From positions 127,348,001 through 127,412,000 of the forward strand of contig OZ024744.1 of NCBI GenBank assembly GCA_964016885.1: 64,000 bases of DNA, read 5' to 3'. The notes under the pieces were generated by a model, which had not been told where the DNA came from, ran no database searches, and worked only from the letters and a program-made list of their open reading frames with translations. This stretch comes from Eledone cirrhosa. Taxonomy: Eukaryota. Position numbers and translations under genes: made by a program. Below, in pieces: positions 1-11,300 of this stretch; position 1 is the stretch's first letter, and each line of letters begins with the position of its first letter.

Positions 1-329
1 GTTAAATTAAGTTGGGGGTTAGTTAAGTTGGGGCAAGTTAAGTTGGGGTTAATTTAAGTTGGGGTTAAGTTAAGTTGGGGTTAAATTAAGTTGGGGTTAA
101 GTTAAGTTGGGGTTGAGGTAAGTTGGGGTTATGTTAAGTTGGGGCTAAGTTAAGTTGGGGCTAAGTTAAGTTGGGGCTGAGTTAAGTTGGGGTTAAGTTA
201 AGTTGGGGTTGAGTTAAGTTGGGGTTAAGTTAAGTTGGGATTAAGTTAAGTTGGGGTTAAGTTAAGTTCGGCTTGAGTTAAGTTGGGGTTAAGTTAAGTT
301 GGGGTTAATTTAAGTTGGGGTTAAGTTAA

Positions 330-2340
330 GTTGGGGTTAAGATAAGTTGGGGTTAAGTTAAGTTGGGGTTAAGTTACGTTTGGGTTGAGTTAATTTGGGG
401 TTAAGTTAAGTTGGGGTTAACTTAAGTTGGGGTTAAGTTGGGGTTAAGTTAAGTTGGGGGTAGGTTAAGTTGGGGTTAAGTTAAGTTGGGGGTGAGTTAA
501 GTCGGGGTTAAGTTAAGTTGGGGGTAAGTTAAGTCGGGGTTAAGTTAAGTTGGGGTTAAGTTAAGTTGGGGGTAAGTTAAGTCGGGGTTAAGTTAAGTTG
601 GGGTTAAGTTAAGTTGGGGTTAAGTTAAGTTGGGGCTAAGTTAAGTTGGGGCTAAGTTAAGTTGGGGCTGAGTTAAGTTGGGGGTAAGTTAAGTTGGGTG
701 TAAGTTAAGTTGGGGTTAAGTTAAGTTGGGGTTCAGTTCAGTTGGGGTTAAGTTAAGTTGGGGTTAAGTTAAGCTGGGGTTAAGTTAAGTTGGGGTTAAG
801 TTAAGTTGGGGTTAAGTTAAGTTGGGGTTAAGTTAAGTTGGGGTTGAGTTAAGTTGGGGTTGAGTTAAGTTGGGGTTAAGTTAAGTTGGGGTTAAGTTAA
901 GTTGGGGTTAAGTTAAGTTGGGGTTAAGTTAAGTTGGGGTTAAGTTAAGTTGGGGGTAAGTTAAGTTGGGGGCAAGTTAAGTTGGGGTTAAGTTAAGTTG
1001 GGGTTAAGTTAAGTTGGGGTTAAGTTAAGTTAGGGTTAATTTCAGTTGGGGTTATGTTAAGTTGGCGTTAGGTTAAGTTGGGGTTAAGTTAAAGTTGGGG
1101 TTAAGTTAAGTTGGGGTAAAGTTAAGTTAGGGTTAAATTAAGTTGGGGTTCAGTTAAGTTGGGGTTAAATTAAGTTGGGGTTAAGTTAAGTTGGGGTTAG
1201 TTAAGTTGGGGTTAAGTTAAGTTGGGGTTAAATTAAGTTGGGGTTAAGTTAAGTTGGGGTTAAGTTAAGTTGGGGTTAAGTTAAGTTGGCGTTAAGTTAA
1301 GTTGGGGTTAAGTTAAGTTGGGGTTAAGTTAAGTTGGGGTTAAGTTAAGTTGGGGTTAAGTTAAGTTGGGGTTAAGTTAAGTTGGAGTTAAGTCAAGTTG
1401 GGGTTAAGTCAAGTTGGGGTTAAGTCAAGTTGGGGGTAAGTTAAGTTGGGGTTAAGTTAAGTTGGGGTTAAGATAAGTTGGGGTTAAGTTAAGTTGGGGT
1501 TAAGTTAAGTTTGGGTTGAGTTAATTTGGGGTTAAGTTAAGTTGGGGTTAACTTAAGTTGGGGTTAAGTTGGGATTAAGTTAAGTTGGGGGTAGGTTAAG
1601 TTGGGGTTAAGTTAAGTTGGGGGTAAGTTAAGTCGGGGTTAAGTTAAGTTGGGGGTAAGTTAAGTCGGGGTTAAGTTAAGTTGGGGTTAAGTTAAGTTGG
1701 GGTTAAGTTAAGTTGGGGGTAAGTTAAGTCGGGGTTAAGTTAAGTTGGGGTTAAGTTAAGTTGGGTTTAAGTTAAGTTGGGGCTAAGTTAAGTTGGGGCT
1801 AAGTTAAGTTGGGGCTGAGTTAAGTTGGGGGTAAGTTAAGTTGGGTGTAAGTTAAGTTGGGGTTAAGTTAAGTTGGGGTTCAGTTCAGTTGGGGTTAAGT
1901 TAAGTTGGGGTTAAGTTAAGCTGGGGTTAAGTTAAGTTGGGGTTAAGTTAAGTTGGGGTTAAGTTAAGTTGGGGTTAAGTTAAGTTGGGGTTGAGTTAAG
2001 TTGGGGTTGAGTTAAGTTGGGGTTAAGTTAAGTTGGGGTTAAGTTAAGTTGGGGTTAAGTTAAGTTGGGGTTAAGTTAAGTTGGGGTTAAGTTAAGTTGG
2101 GCGTAAGTTAAGTTGGGGGCAAGTTAAGTTGGGGTTAAGTTAAGTTGGGGTTAAGTTAAGTTGGGGTTAAGTTAAGTTAGGGTTAATTTCAGTTGGGGTT
2201 ATGTTAAGTTGGCGTTAGGTTAAGTTGGGGTTAAGTTAAAGTTGGGGTTAAGTTAAGTTGGGGTAAAGTTAAGTTAGGGTTAAATTAAGTTGGGGTTCAG
2301 TTAAGTTGGGGTTAAATTAAGTTGGGGTTAAGTTAAGTTG
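330..2340 (+). repeat. ~1.13-1.15-kb local duplication (two related blocks, ~330-1190 and ~1460-2340)
   Basis: The marker series GATAAG, TTTGGG-TTGAG, GGGGGTAGG, GTCGGGG x3, GGGTG, TTCAGTTCAG, AAGCT, TAGGG-TTAATTTCAG recurs. GATAAG is at 341/1472 (offset 1131) and TAGGG at 1031/2178 (offset 1147). The pair is seen again at 7794/8941 (offset 1147). Confidence 0.85.
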
Positions 2341-5300
2341 GGGTTAAGTTAAGTTGGGGGTAATTTAAGTTGGGGTTAAGTCAAGTTGGGGTTAAGTTAA
2401 GTTGGGGTTAAGTTAAGTTGGGGTTAAGTTAAGTTGGGGGTAATTTAAGTTGGGTGTAAGTTAAGTTGGGGTTAAGTTAAGTTGGGGTTCAGTTCAGTTG
2501 GGGTTAAGTTAAGTTGGGGTTAAGTTAAGCTGGGGGTAAGTTAAGTTGGGGTTAAGTTAAGTTGGGGTTAAGTTAAGTTGGGGTTAAGTTAAGTTGGGGT
2601 TAAGTTAAGTTGGAGTTAAGTTAAGTTGGGGTTAAGCTAAGTTGGGGTTCAGTTAAGTTGGGGTTAAGTTAATTTGGGGCTGAGTTAAGTTGGGGTTAAG
2701 TTAAGTTCGGGTTGAGTTAAGTTGGGGGTAAGTTAAGTTGGGGTTAAGTTAAGTTGGGGTTAAGTTAAGTTGGGGTTAAGTTAAGTTGGGGTTAAGTTAA
2801 GTTGGGGTTAATTTAAGTTGGGGTTGAGTTAATTTGGGTTTAAGTTAAGTTGGGGTTAAGTTAAGTTGAGGGTAAGTTAAGTTGAGGGTAAGTTAAGTTG
2901 AGGTTAAGTTAAGTTGGGGTTAAGTTAAGTTGGGGGTAAGTTAAGTTGGGGGTAAGTTAAGTTGGGGTTAAGTTAAGTTGGGGTTAAATTAAGTTGAGGT
3001 TAAGTTAATTTGGGGTTAAGTTGGGGTTAAGTTAAGTTGGGGGTAAGATAAGTTGGGGCTAAGTTAAGTTGGGGCTAAGTCAAGTTGGGGTTAATTCAAG
3101 TTGAGGTTAACTTAAGTTGGGGTTAAGTTAAGTTGGGGTTAAGTTAAGTTGGGGCTAAGTTAAGTTGGGGCTAAGTTAAGTTGGGGCTGAGTTAAGTTGG
3201 GGTTAAGTTAAGTTGGGGTTAAGTTAAGTTAGGGTTAATTTCAGTTGGGGTTATGTTAAGTTGGGGTTAAGTTAAAGTTGGGGTTAAGTTAAGTTGGGGT
3301 AAAGTTAAGTTAGGGTTAAGTTAAGTTGGGGTTAAGTTAAGTTGGGCTTAAATTAAGTTGGGGTTAAGTTAAGTTGGGGTTAAGTTAAGTTGGGGTTAAA
3401 TTAAGTTGGGGTTCAGTTAAGTTGGGGTTAAATTAAGTTGGGGTTAAGTTAAGTTGGGGTTATTTAAGTTGGGGTTAAGTTAAGTTGGGGTTAAGTTAAG
3501 TTGGGGTTAAGTTAAGTTGGGGTTAAGTTAAGTTGGGGTTAAGTTAAGTTGGGGTTCAGTTAAGTTGGGGTTAAGTTAAGTTGGGGGTAAGTTAAGTTGG
3601 GTGTAAGTTAAGTTGGGGTTAAGTTAAGTTGGGGTTCAGTTAAGTTGGGGTTAAGTTAATTTGGGGCTGAGTTAAGTTGGGGTTAAGTTAAGTTCGGGTT
3701 GAGTTAAGTTGGGGTTAAGTTAAGTTGGGGTTAAGTTAAGTTGGGGTTAAGTTAAGTTGGGGTTAAGATAAGTTGGGGTTAAGTTAAGTTGGGGTTAATT
3801 TAAGTTGGGGTTGAGGTAATTTGGGTTTAAGTTAAGTTGGGCTTAACTTAAGTTGGGGTTAAGTTGGGGTTAAGTTAAGTTGGGGTTAAGTTAAGTTGGG
3901 GGTAAGTTAAGTTGATGGTAAGTTAAGTTGGGGTTAAGTTAAGTTGGGGTTAAGTTAAGTTGCGGGTAAGATAAGTTGGGGCTAAGTTAAGTTGGGCTTA
4001 ACTTAAGTTGGGGTTAAGTTGGGGTTAATTTAAGTTGGGGTTAAGTTAAGTTGGGGTTAAGGTAAGTTGGGGTTAAGTTAAGTTGGGGCTAAGTTAAGTT
4101 GGGGCTAAGTTAAGTTGGGGCTGAGTTAAGTTGGGGTTAAGTTGGGGTTAAGTTAAGTTGGGGTTAACTTAAGTTGGGGTTAAGTTAAGATGGGGTTAAG
4201 TTAAGTTGGGGGTAAGTTAAGTTGGGGGCAAGTTGAGTTGGGGTTAAGTTAAGTTGGGGTTAAGTTAAGGTGGGGGTAAGTTAAGTTGGGGGTAAGTTAA
4301 GTTGGCGTTAAGTTAAGTTGGGGTTAAGTTAAGTTGGGTTTAAGTTAAGTTGGGGCTAAGTTAAGTTGGGGCTAAGTTAAGTTGGGGCTGAGTTAAGTTG
4401 GGGTTGAGTTAAGTTGGGGTTAACTTAAGTTGGGGTTAAGTTGGGGTTAAGTTAAGTTGGGGGTTAGTTAAGTTGGGGGCAAGTTAAGTTGGGGTTAATT
4501 TAAGTTGGGGTTAAGTTAAGTTGGGGTTATGTTAAGTTGGGGTTAAGTTAAGTTGGGGTTAAGTTAAGTTGGGGGTAAGTTAACTGGGGTTAAGTTAAGT
4601 TGGGGGTAAGTTAAGTTGAGGCTAAGTTAAGTTGGGGTTAAGTTAAGTTGGGGTTCAATTAAGTTGGGGGTAAGTTAAGTTGGGGGTAAGTTAAGTTGGG
4701 GTTAAGTTAAGTTGGGGTTAAATTAAGTTGAGGTTAAGTTAAGTTGGGGTTAAGTTAAGTTGGGGTTAAGTTAAGTTGGGGTTAAGATAAGTTGGGGCTA
4801 AGTTCAGTTGGGGCTAAGTCAAGTTGGGGTTAAGTCAAGTTGAGGTTAACTTAAGTTGGGGTTAAGTTAAGTTGGGGTTAAGTTAAGTTGGGGTTAAGGT
4901 AAGTTGGGGTTATGTTAAGTTGGGGCTAAGTTAAGTTGGGGCTAAGTTAAGTTGGGGCTAAGTTAAGTTGGGGGTAAGTTAAGTTGGGTGTAAGTTAAGT
5001 TGGGGTTAAGTTAAGTTGGGGTTCAGTTCAGTTGGGGTTAAGTTAAGTTGGGGTTAAGTTAAGTTGGGGTTAAGTTAAGTTGGGGTTAAGTTAAGTTGGG
5101 GGTAAGTTAAGTTGGGGGCAAGTTAAGTTGGGGTTAATTTAAGTTGGGGTTAAGTTAAGTTGGGGTTATGTTAAGTTGGGGTTAAGTTAAGTTGGGGTTA
5201 AGTTAAGTTGGGGGTAACTTAAGTTGGGGTTAAGTTAAGTTGGGGTTAAGTTAAGTTGAGGGTAAGTTAAGTTGAGGGTAATTTAAGTTGAGTTTAAGTT

Positions 5301-8300
5301 AAGTTGGGGTTAAGTTAAGTTGGGGGTAAGTTAAGTTGGGGGTAAGATAAGTTGGGGTTAAGTTAAGTTGGGGTTAAATTAAGTTGAGGTTAAGTTAATT
5401 TGGGGTTAAGTTGGGGTTAAGTTAAGTTGGGGGTAAGATAAGTTGGGGCTAAGTTAAGTTGGGGTTAAATTAAGTTGGGGTTCAGTTAAGTTGGGGTTAA
5501 ATTAAGTTGGGGTTAAGTTAAGTTGGGGTTAGTTAAGTTGGGGTTAAGTTAAGTTGGGGTTAAGTTACGTTGGGGTTAAGTTAAGTTGGGGTTAAGTTAA
5601 GTTGGGGTTAAGTTAAGTTGGGGTTAAGTTAAGTTGGGGTTCAGTTAAGTTGGGGTTAAGTTAAGTTGGGGTTAAGTTAAGTTGGGGTTAGTTAAGTTGG
5701 GGTTAAGTTAAGTTGGGGTTAAGTTAAGTTGGGGTTAAGTTAAGTTGGGGTTAAGTTAAGTTGGGGTTAAGTTAAGTTGGCGTTAAGTTAAGTTGGGGTT
5801 AAGTTAAGTTGGGGTTAATTTAAGTTGGGGTTAAGATAAGGTGTGGTTAAGTTAAGTTGGGGGTATGTTAAGTTGGGTGTAAGTTAAGTTGGGGTTAAGT
5901 TAAGTTGGGGTTCAGTTCAGTTGGGGTTAAGTTAAGTTGGGGTTAAGTTAAGCTGGGGGTAAGTTAAGTTGGGGTTACGTTAAGTTGTGGTTAAGTTAAG
6001 TTGGGGTTAAGTTAAGTTGGGGTTAAGTTAAGTTGGAGTTAAGTTAAGTTGGGGTTAAGCTAAGTTGGGGTTCAGTTAAGTTGGGGTTAAGTTAATTTGG
6101 GGCTGAGTTAAGTTGGGGTTAAGTTAAGTTCGGGTTGAGTTAAGTTGGGGTTAAGTTAAGTTGGGGTTAAGTTAAGTTGGGGTTAAGTTAAGTTGGGGTT
6201 AAGATAAGTTGGAGTTAAGTTAAGTTGGGGTTAATTTAAGTTGGGGTTGAGGTAATTTGGGTTTAAGTTAAGTTGGGCTTAACTTAAGTTGGGGTTAAGT
6301 TGGGGTTAAGTTAAGTTGGGGTTAAGTTAAGTTGGGGGTAAGTTAAGTTGGGGGCAAGTTAAGTTGGGGTTAATTTAAGTTGGGGTTAAGTTAAGTTGGG
6401 GTTATGTTAAGTTGGGGTTATGTTAAGTTGGGGTTAAGTTAAGTTGGGTTTAAGTTAAGTTGGGGGTAAGTTAAGTTGATGGTAAGTTAAGTTGGGGTTA
6501 AGTTATGTTGGGGTTAAGTTAAGTTGGGGGTAAGATAAGTTGGGGCTAAGTTAAGTTGGGCTTAACTTAAGTTGGGGTTAAGTTAAGTTGGGGTTAAGGT
6601 AAGTTGGGGTTAAGTTAAGTTGGGGCTAAGTTAAGTTGGGGCTAAGTTAAGTTGGGGCTGAGTTAAGTTGGGGTTAAGTTGGGGTTGAGTTAAGTTGGGG
6701 TTAAGTTAAGTTGGGGTTAACTTAAGTTGGGGTTAAGTTAAGATGGGGTTAAGTTAAGTTGGGGGTAAGTTAAGTTGGGGGCAAGTTGAGTTGGGGTTAA
6801 TTTAAGTTGGGGTTAAGTTAAGGTGGGGGTAAGTTAAGTTGGGGGTAAGTTAAGTTGGCGTTAAGTTAAGTTGGGGTTAAGTTAAGTTGGGTTTAAGTTA
6901 AGTTGGGGCTAAGTTAAGTTGGAGCTAAGTTAAGTTGGGGCTGAGTTAAGTTGGGGTTGAGTTAAGTTGGGGTTAACTTAAGTTGGGGTTAAGTTGGGGT
7001 TAAGTTAAGTTGGGGGTTAGTTAAGTTGGGGTTATGTTAAGTTGGGGTTAAGTTAAGTTGGGGTTAAGTTAAGTTGGGGGTAAGTTAACTGGGGTTAAGT
7101 TAAGTTGGGGGTAAGTTAAGTTGAGGCTAAGTTAAGTTGGGGTTAAGTTAAGTTGGGGTTCAATTAAGTTGGGGGTAAGTTAAGTTGGGGGTAAGTTAAG
7201 TTGGGGTTAAGTTAAGTTGGGGTTAAATTAAATTGAGGTTAAGTTAAGTTGGGGTTAAGTTAAGTTGGGGTTAAGTTAAGTTGGGGTTAAGATAAGTTGG
7301 GGCTAAGTTCAGTTGGGGCTAAGTCAAGTTGGGGTTAAGTCAAGTTGAGGTTAACTTAAGTTGGGGTTAAGTTAAGTTGGGGTTAAGTTAAGTTGGGGTT
7401 AAGGTAAGTTGGGGTTATGTTAAGTTGGGGCTAAGTTAAGTTGGGGCTAAGTTAAGTTGGGGCTAAGTTAAGTTGGGGCTGAGTTAAGTTGGGGTTAAGT
7501 TAAGTTGGGGTTGAGTTAAGTTGGGGTTAAGTTAAGTTGGGATTAAGTTAAGTTGGGGTTAAGTTAAGTTCGGCTTGAGTTAAGTTGGGGTTAAGTTAAG
7601 TTGGGGTTGAGTTAAGTTGGGGTTGAGTTAAGTTGGGGTTAAGTTAAGTTGGGGTTAAGTTAAGTTGGGGTTAAGTTAAGTTGGGGTTAAGTTAAGTTGG
7701 GGTTAAGTTAAGTTGGGGGTAAGTTAAGTTGGGGGCAAGTTAAGTTGGGGTTAAGTTAAGTTGGGGTTAAGTTAAGTTGGGGTTAAGTTAAGTTAGGGTT
7801 AATTTCAGTTGGGGTTATGTTAAGTTGGCGTTAGGTTAAGTTGGGGTTAAGTTAAAGTTGGGGTTAAGTTAAGTTGGGGTAAAGTTAAGTTAGGGTTAAA
7901 TTAAGTTGGGGTTCAGTTAAGTTGGGGTTAAATTAAGTTGGGGTTAAGTTAAGTTGGGGTTAGTTAAGTTGGGGTTAAGTTAAGTTGGGGTTAAATTAAG
8001 TTGGGGTTAAGTTAAGTTGGGGTTAAGTTAAGTTGGGGTTAAGTTAAGTTGGCGTTAAGTTAAGTTGGGGTTAAGTTAAGTTGGGGTTAAGTTAAGTTGG
8101 GGTTAAGTTAAGTTGGGGTTAAGTTAAGTTGGGGTTAAGTTAAGTTGGAGTTAAGTCAAGTTGGGGTTAAGTCAAGTTGGGGTTAAGTCAAGTTGGGGGT
8201 AAGTTAAGTTGGGGTTAAGTTAAGTTGGGGTTAAGATAAGTTGGGGTTAAGTTAAGTTGGGGTTAAGTTAAGTTTGGGTTGAGTTAATTTGGGGTTAAGT

Positions 8301-11300
8301 TAAGTTGGGGTTAACTTAAGTTGGGGTTAAGTTGGGATTAAGTTAAGTTGGGGGTAGGTTAAGTTGGGGTTAAGTTAAGTTGGGGGTAAGTTAAGTCGGG
8401 GTTAAGTTAAGTTGGGGGTAAGTTAAGTCGGGGTTAAGTTAAGTTGGGGTTAAGTTAAGTTGGGGTTAAGTTAAGTTGGGGGTAAGTTAAGTCGGGGTTA
8501 AGTTAAGTTGGGGTTAAGTTAAGTTGGGTTTAAGTTAAGTTGGGGCTAAGTTAAGTTGGGGCTAAGTTAAGTTGGGGCTGAGTTAAGTTGGGGGTAAGTT
8601 AAGTTGGGTGTAAGTTAAGTTGGGGTTAAGTTAAGTTGGGGTTCAGTTCAGTTGGGGTTAAGTTAAGTTGGGGTTAAGTTAAGCTGGGGTTAAGTTAAGT
8701 TGGGGTTAAGTTAAGTTGGGGTTAAGTTAAGTTGGGGTTAAGTTAAGTTGGGGTTGAGTTAAGTTGGGGTTGAGTTAAGTTGGGGTTAAGTTAAGTTGGG
8801 GTTAAGTTAAGTTGGGGTTAAGTTAAGTTGGGGTTAAGTTAAGTTGGGGTTAAGTTAAGTTGGGCGTAAGTTAAGTTGGGGGCAAGTTAAGTTGGGGTTA
8901 AGTTAAGTTGGGGTTAAGTTAAGTTGGGGTTAAGTTAAGTTAGGGTTAATTTCAGTTGGGGTTATGTTAAGTTGGCGTTAGGTTAAGTTGGGGTTAAGTT
9001 AAAGTTGGGGTTAAGTTAAGTTGGGGTAAAGTTAAGTTAGGGTTAAATTAAGTTGGGGTTCAGTTAAGTTGGGGTTAAATTAAGTTGGGGTTAAGTTAAG
9101 TTGGGGTTAGTTAAGTTGGGGTTAAGTTAAGTTGGGGTTAAATTAAGTTGGGGTTAAGTTAAGTTGGGGTTAAGTTAAGTTGGGGTTAAGTTAAGTTGGC
9201 GTTAAGTTAAGTTGGGGTTAAGTTAAGTTGGGGTTAAGTTAAGTTGGGGTTAAGTCAAGTTGGGGTTAAGTTAAGTTGGGGTTAAGTTAAGTTGGGGTTA
9301 AGTTAAGTTGGGGGTAATTTAAGTTGGGTGTAAGTTAAGTTGGGGTTAAGTTAAGTTGGGGTTCAGTTCAGTTGGGGTTAAGTTAAGTTGGGGTTAAGTT
9401 AAGCTGCGGGTAAGTTAAGTTGGGGTTAAGTTAAGTTGGGGTTAAGTTAAGTTGGGGTTAAGTTAAGTTGGGGTTAAGTTAAGTTGGAGTTAAGTTAAGT
9501 TGGGGTTAAGCTAAGTTGGGGTTCAGTTAAGTTGGGGTTAAGTTAATTTGGGGCTGAGTTAAGTTGGGGTTAAGTTAAGTTCGGGTTGAGTTAAGTTGGG
9601 GGTAAGTTAAGTTGGGGTTAAGTTAAGTTGGGGTTAAGTTAAGTTGGGGTTAAGTTAAGTTGGGGTTAAGTTAAGTTGGGGTTAATTTAAGTTGGGGTTG
9701 AGTTAATTTGGGTTTAAGTTAAGTTGGGGTTAAGTTAAGTTGAGGGTAAGTTAAGTTGAGGGTAAGTTAAGTTGAGGTTAAGTTAAGTTGGGGTTAAGTT
9801 AAGTTGGGGGTAAGTTAAGTTGGGGGTAAGTTAAGTTGGGGTTAAGTTAAGTTGGGGTTAAATTAAGTTGAGGTTAAGTTAATTTGGGGTTAAGTTGGGG
9901 TTAAGTTAAGTTGGGGGTAAGATAAGTTGGGGCTAAGTTAAGTTGGGGCTAAGTCAAGTTGGGGTTAATTCAAGTTGAGGTTAACTTAAGTTGGGGTTAA
10001 GTTAAGTTGGGGTTAAGTTAAGTTGGGGCTAAGTTAAGTTGGGGCTAAGTTAAGTTGGGGCTGAGTTAAGTTGGGGTTAAGTTAAGTTGGGGTTAAGTTA
10101 AGTTAGGGTTAATTTCAGTTGGGGTTATGTTAAGTTGGGGTTAAGTTAAAGTTGGGGTTAAGTTAAGTTGGGGTAAAGTTAAGTTAGGGTTAAGTTAAGT
10201 TGGGGTTAAGTTAAGTTGGGCTTAAATTAAGTTGGGGTTAAGTTAAGTTGGGGTTAAGTTAAGTTGGGGTTAAATTAAGTTGGGGTTCAGTTAAGTTGGG
10301 GTTAAATTAAGTTGGGGTTAAGTTAAGTTGGGGTTATTTAAGTTGGGGTTAAGTTAAGTTGGGGTTAAGTTAAGTTGGGGTTAAGTTAAGTTGGGGTTAA
10401 GTTAAGTTGGGGTTAAGTTAAGTTGGGGTTCAGTTAAGTTGGGGTTAAGTTAAGTTGGGGGTAAGTTAAGTTGGGTGTAAGTTAAGTTGGGGTTAAGTTA
10501 AGTTGGGGTTCAGTTCAGTTGGGGTTAAGTTAAGTTGGGGTTAAGTTAAGCTGGGGGTAAGTTAAGTTGGGGTTAAGTTAAGTTGGGGTTAAGTTAAGTT
10601 CGGGTTAAGTTAAGTTGGGGTTAAGTTAAGTTGGAGTTAAGTTAAGTTGGGGTTAAGCTAAGTTGGGGTTCAGTTAAGTTGGGGTTAAGTTAATTTGGGG
10701 CTGAGTTAAGTTGGGGTTAAGTTAAGTTCGGGTTGAGTTAAGTTGGGGTTAAGTTAAGTTGGGGTTAAGTTAAGTTGGGGTTAAGTTAAGTTGGGGTTAA
10801 GATAAGTTGGGGTTAAGTTAAGTTGGGGTTAATTTAAGTTGGGGTTGAGGTAATTTGGGTTTAAGTTAAGTTGGGCTTAACTTAAGTTGGGGTTAAGTTG
10901 GGGTTAAGTTAAGTTGGGGTTAAGTTAAGTTGGGGGTAAGTTAAGTTGATGGTAAGTTAAGTTGGGGTTAAGTTAAGTTGGGGTTAAGTTAAGTTGCGGG
11001 TAAGATAAGTTGGGGCTAAGTTAAGTTGGGGTTAACTTAAGTTGGGGTTAAGTTGGGGTTAATTTAAGTTGGGGTTAAGTTAAGTTGGGGTTAAGGTAAG
11101 TTGGGGTTAAGTTAAGTTGCGGCTAAGTTAAGTTGGGGCTAAGTTAAGTTGGGGCTGAGTTAAGTTGGGGTTAAGTTGGGGTTAAGTTAAGTTGGGGTTA
11201 ACTTAAGTTGGGGTTAAGTTAAGATGGGGTTAAGTTAAGTTGGGGGTAAGTTAAGTTGGGGGCAAGTTGAGTTGGGGTTAAGTTAAGTTGGGGTTAAGTT

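Noticed and set aside
1030-1035. TTAGGG / TTAGG canonical telomere motifs (scattered, e.g. 1030, 1068, 16563)
   Set aside because: They are isolated single-base variants of TTGGGG or TTAAG propagated by block duplication and never form tandem runs.
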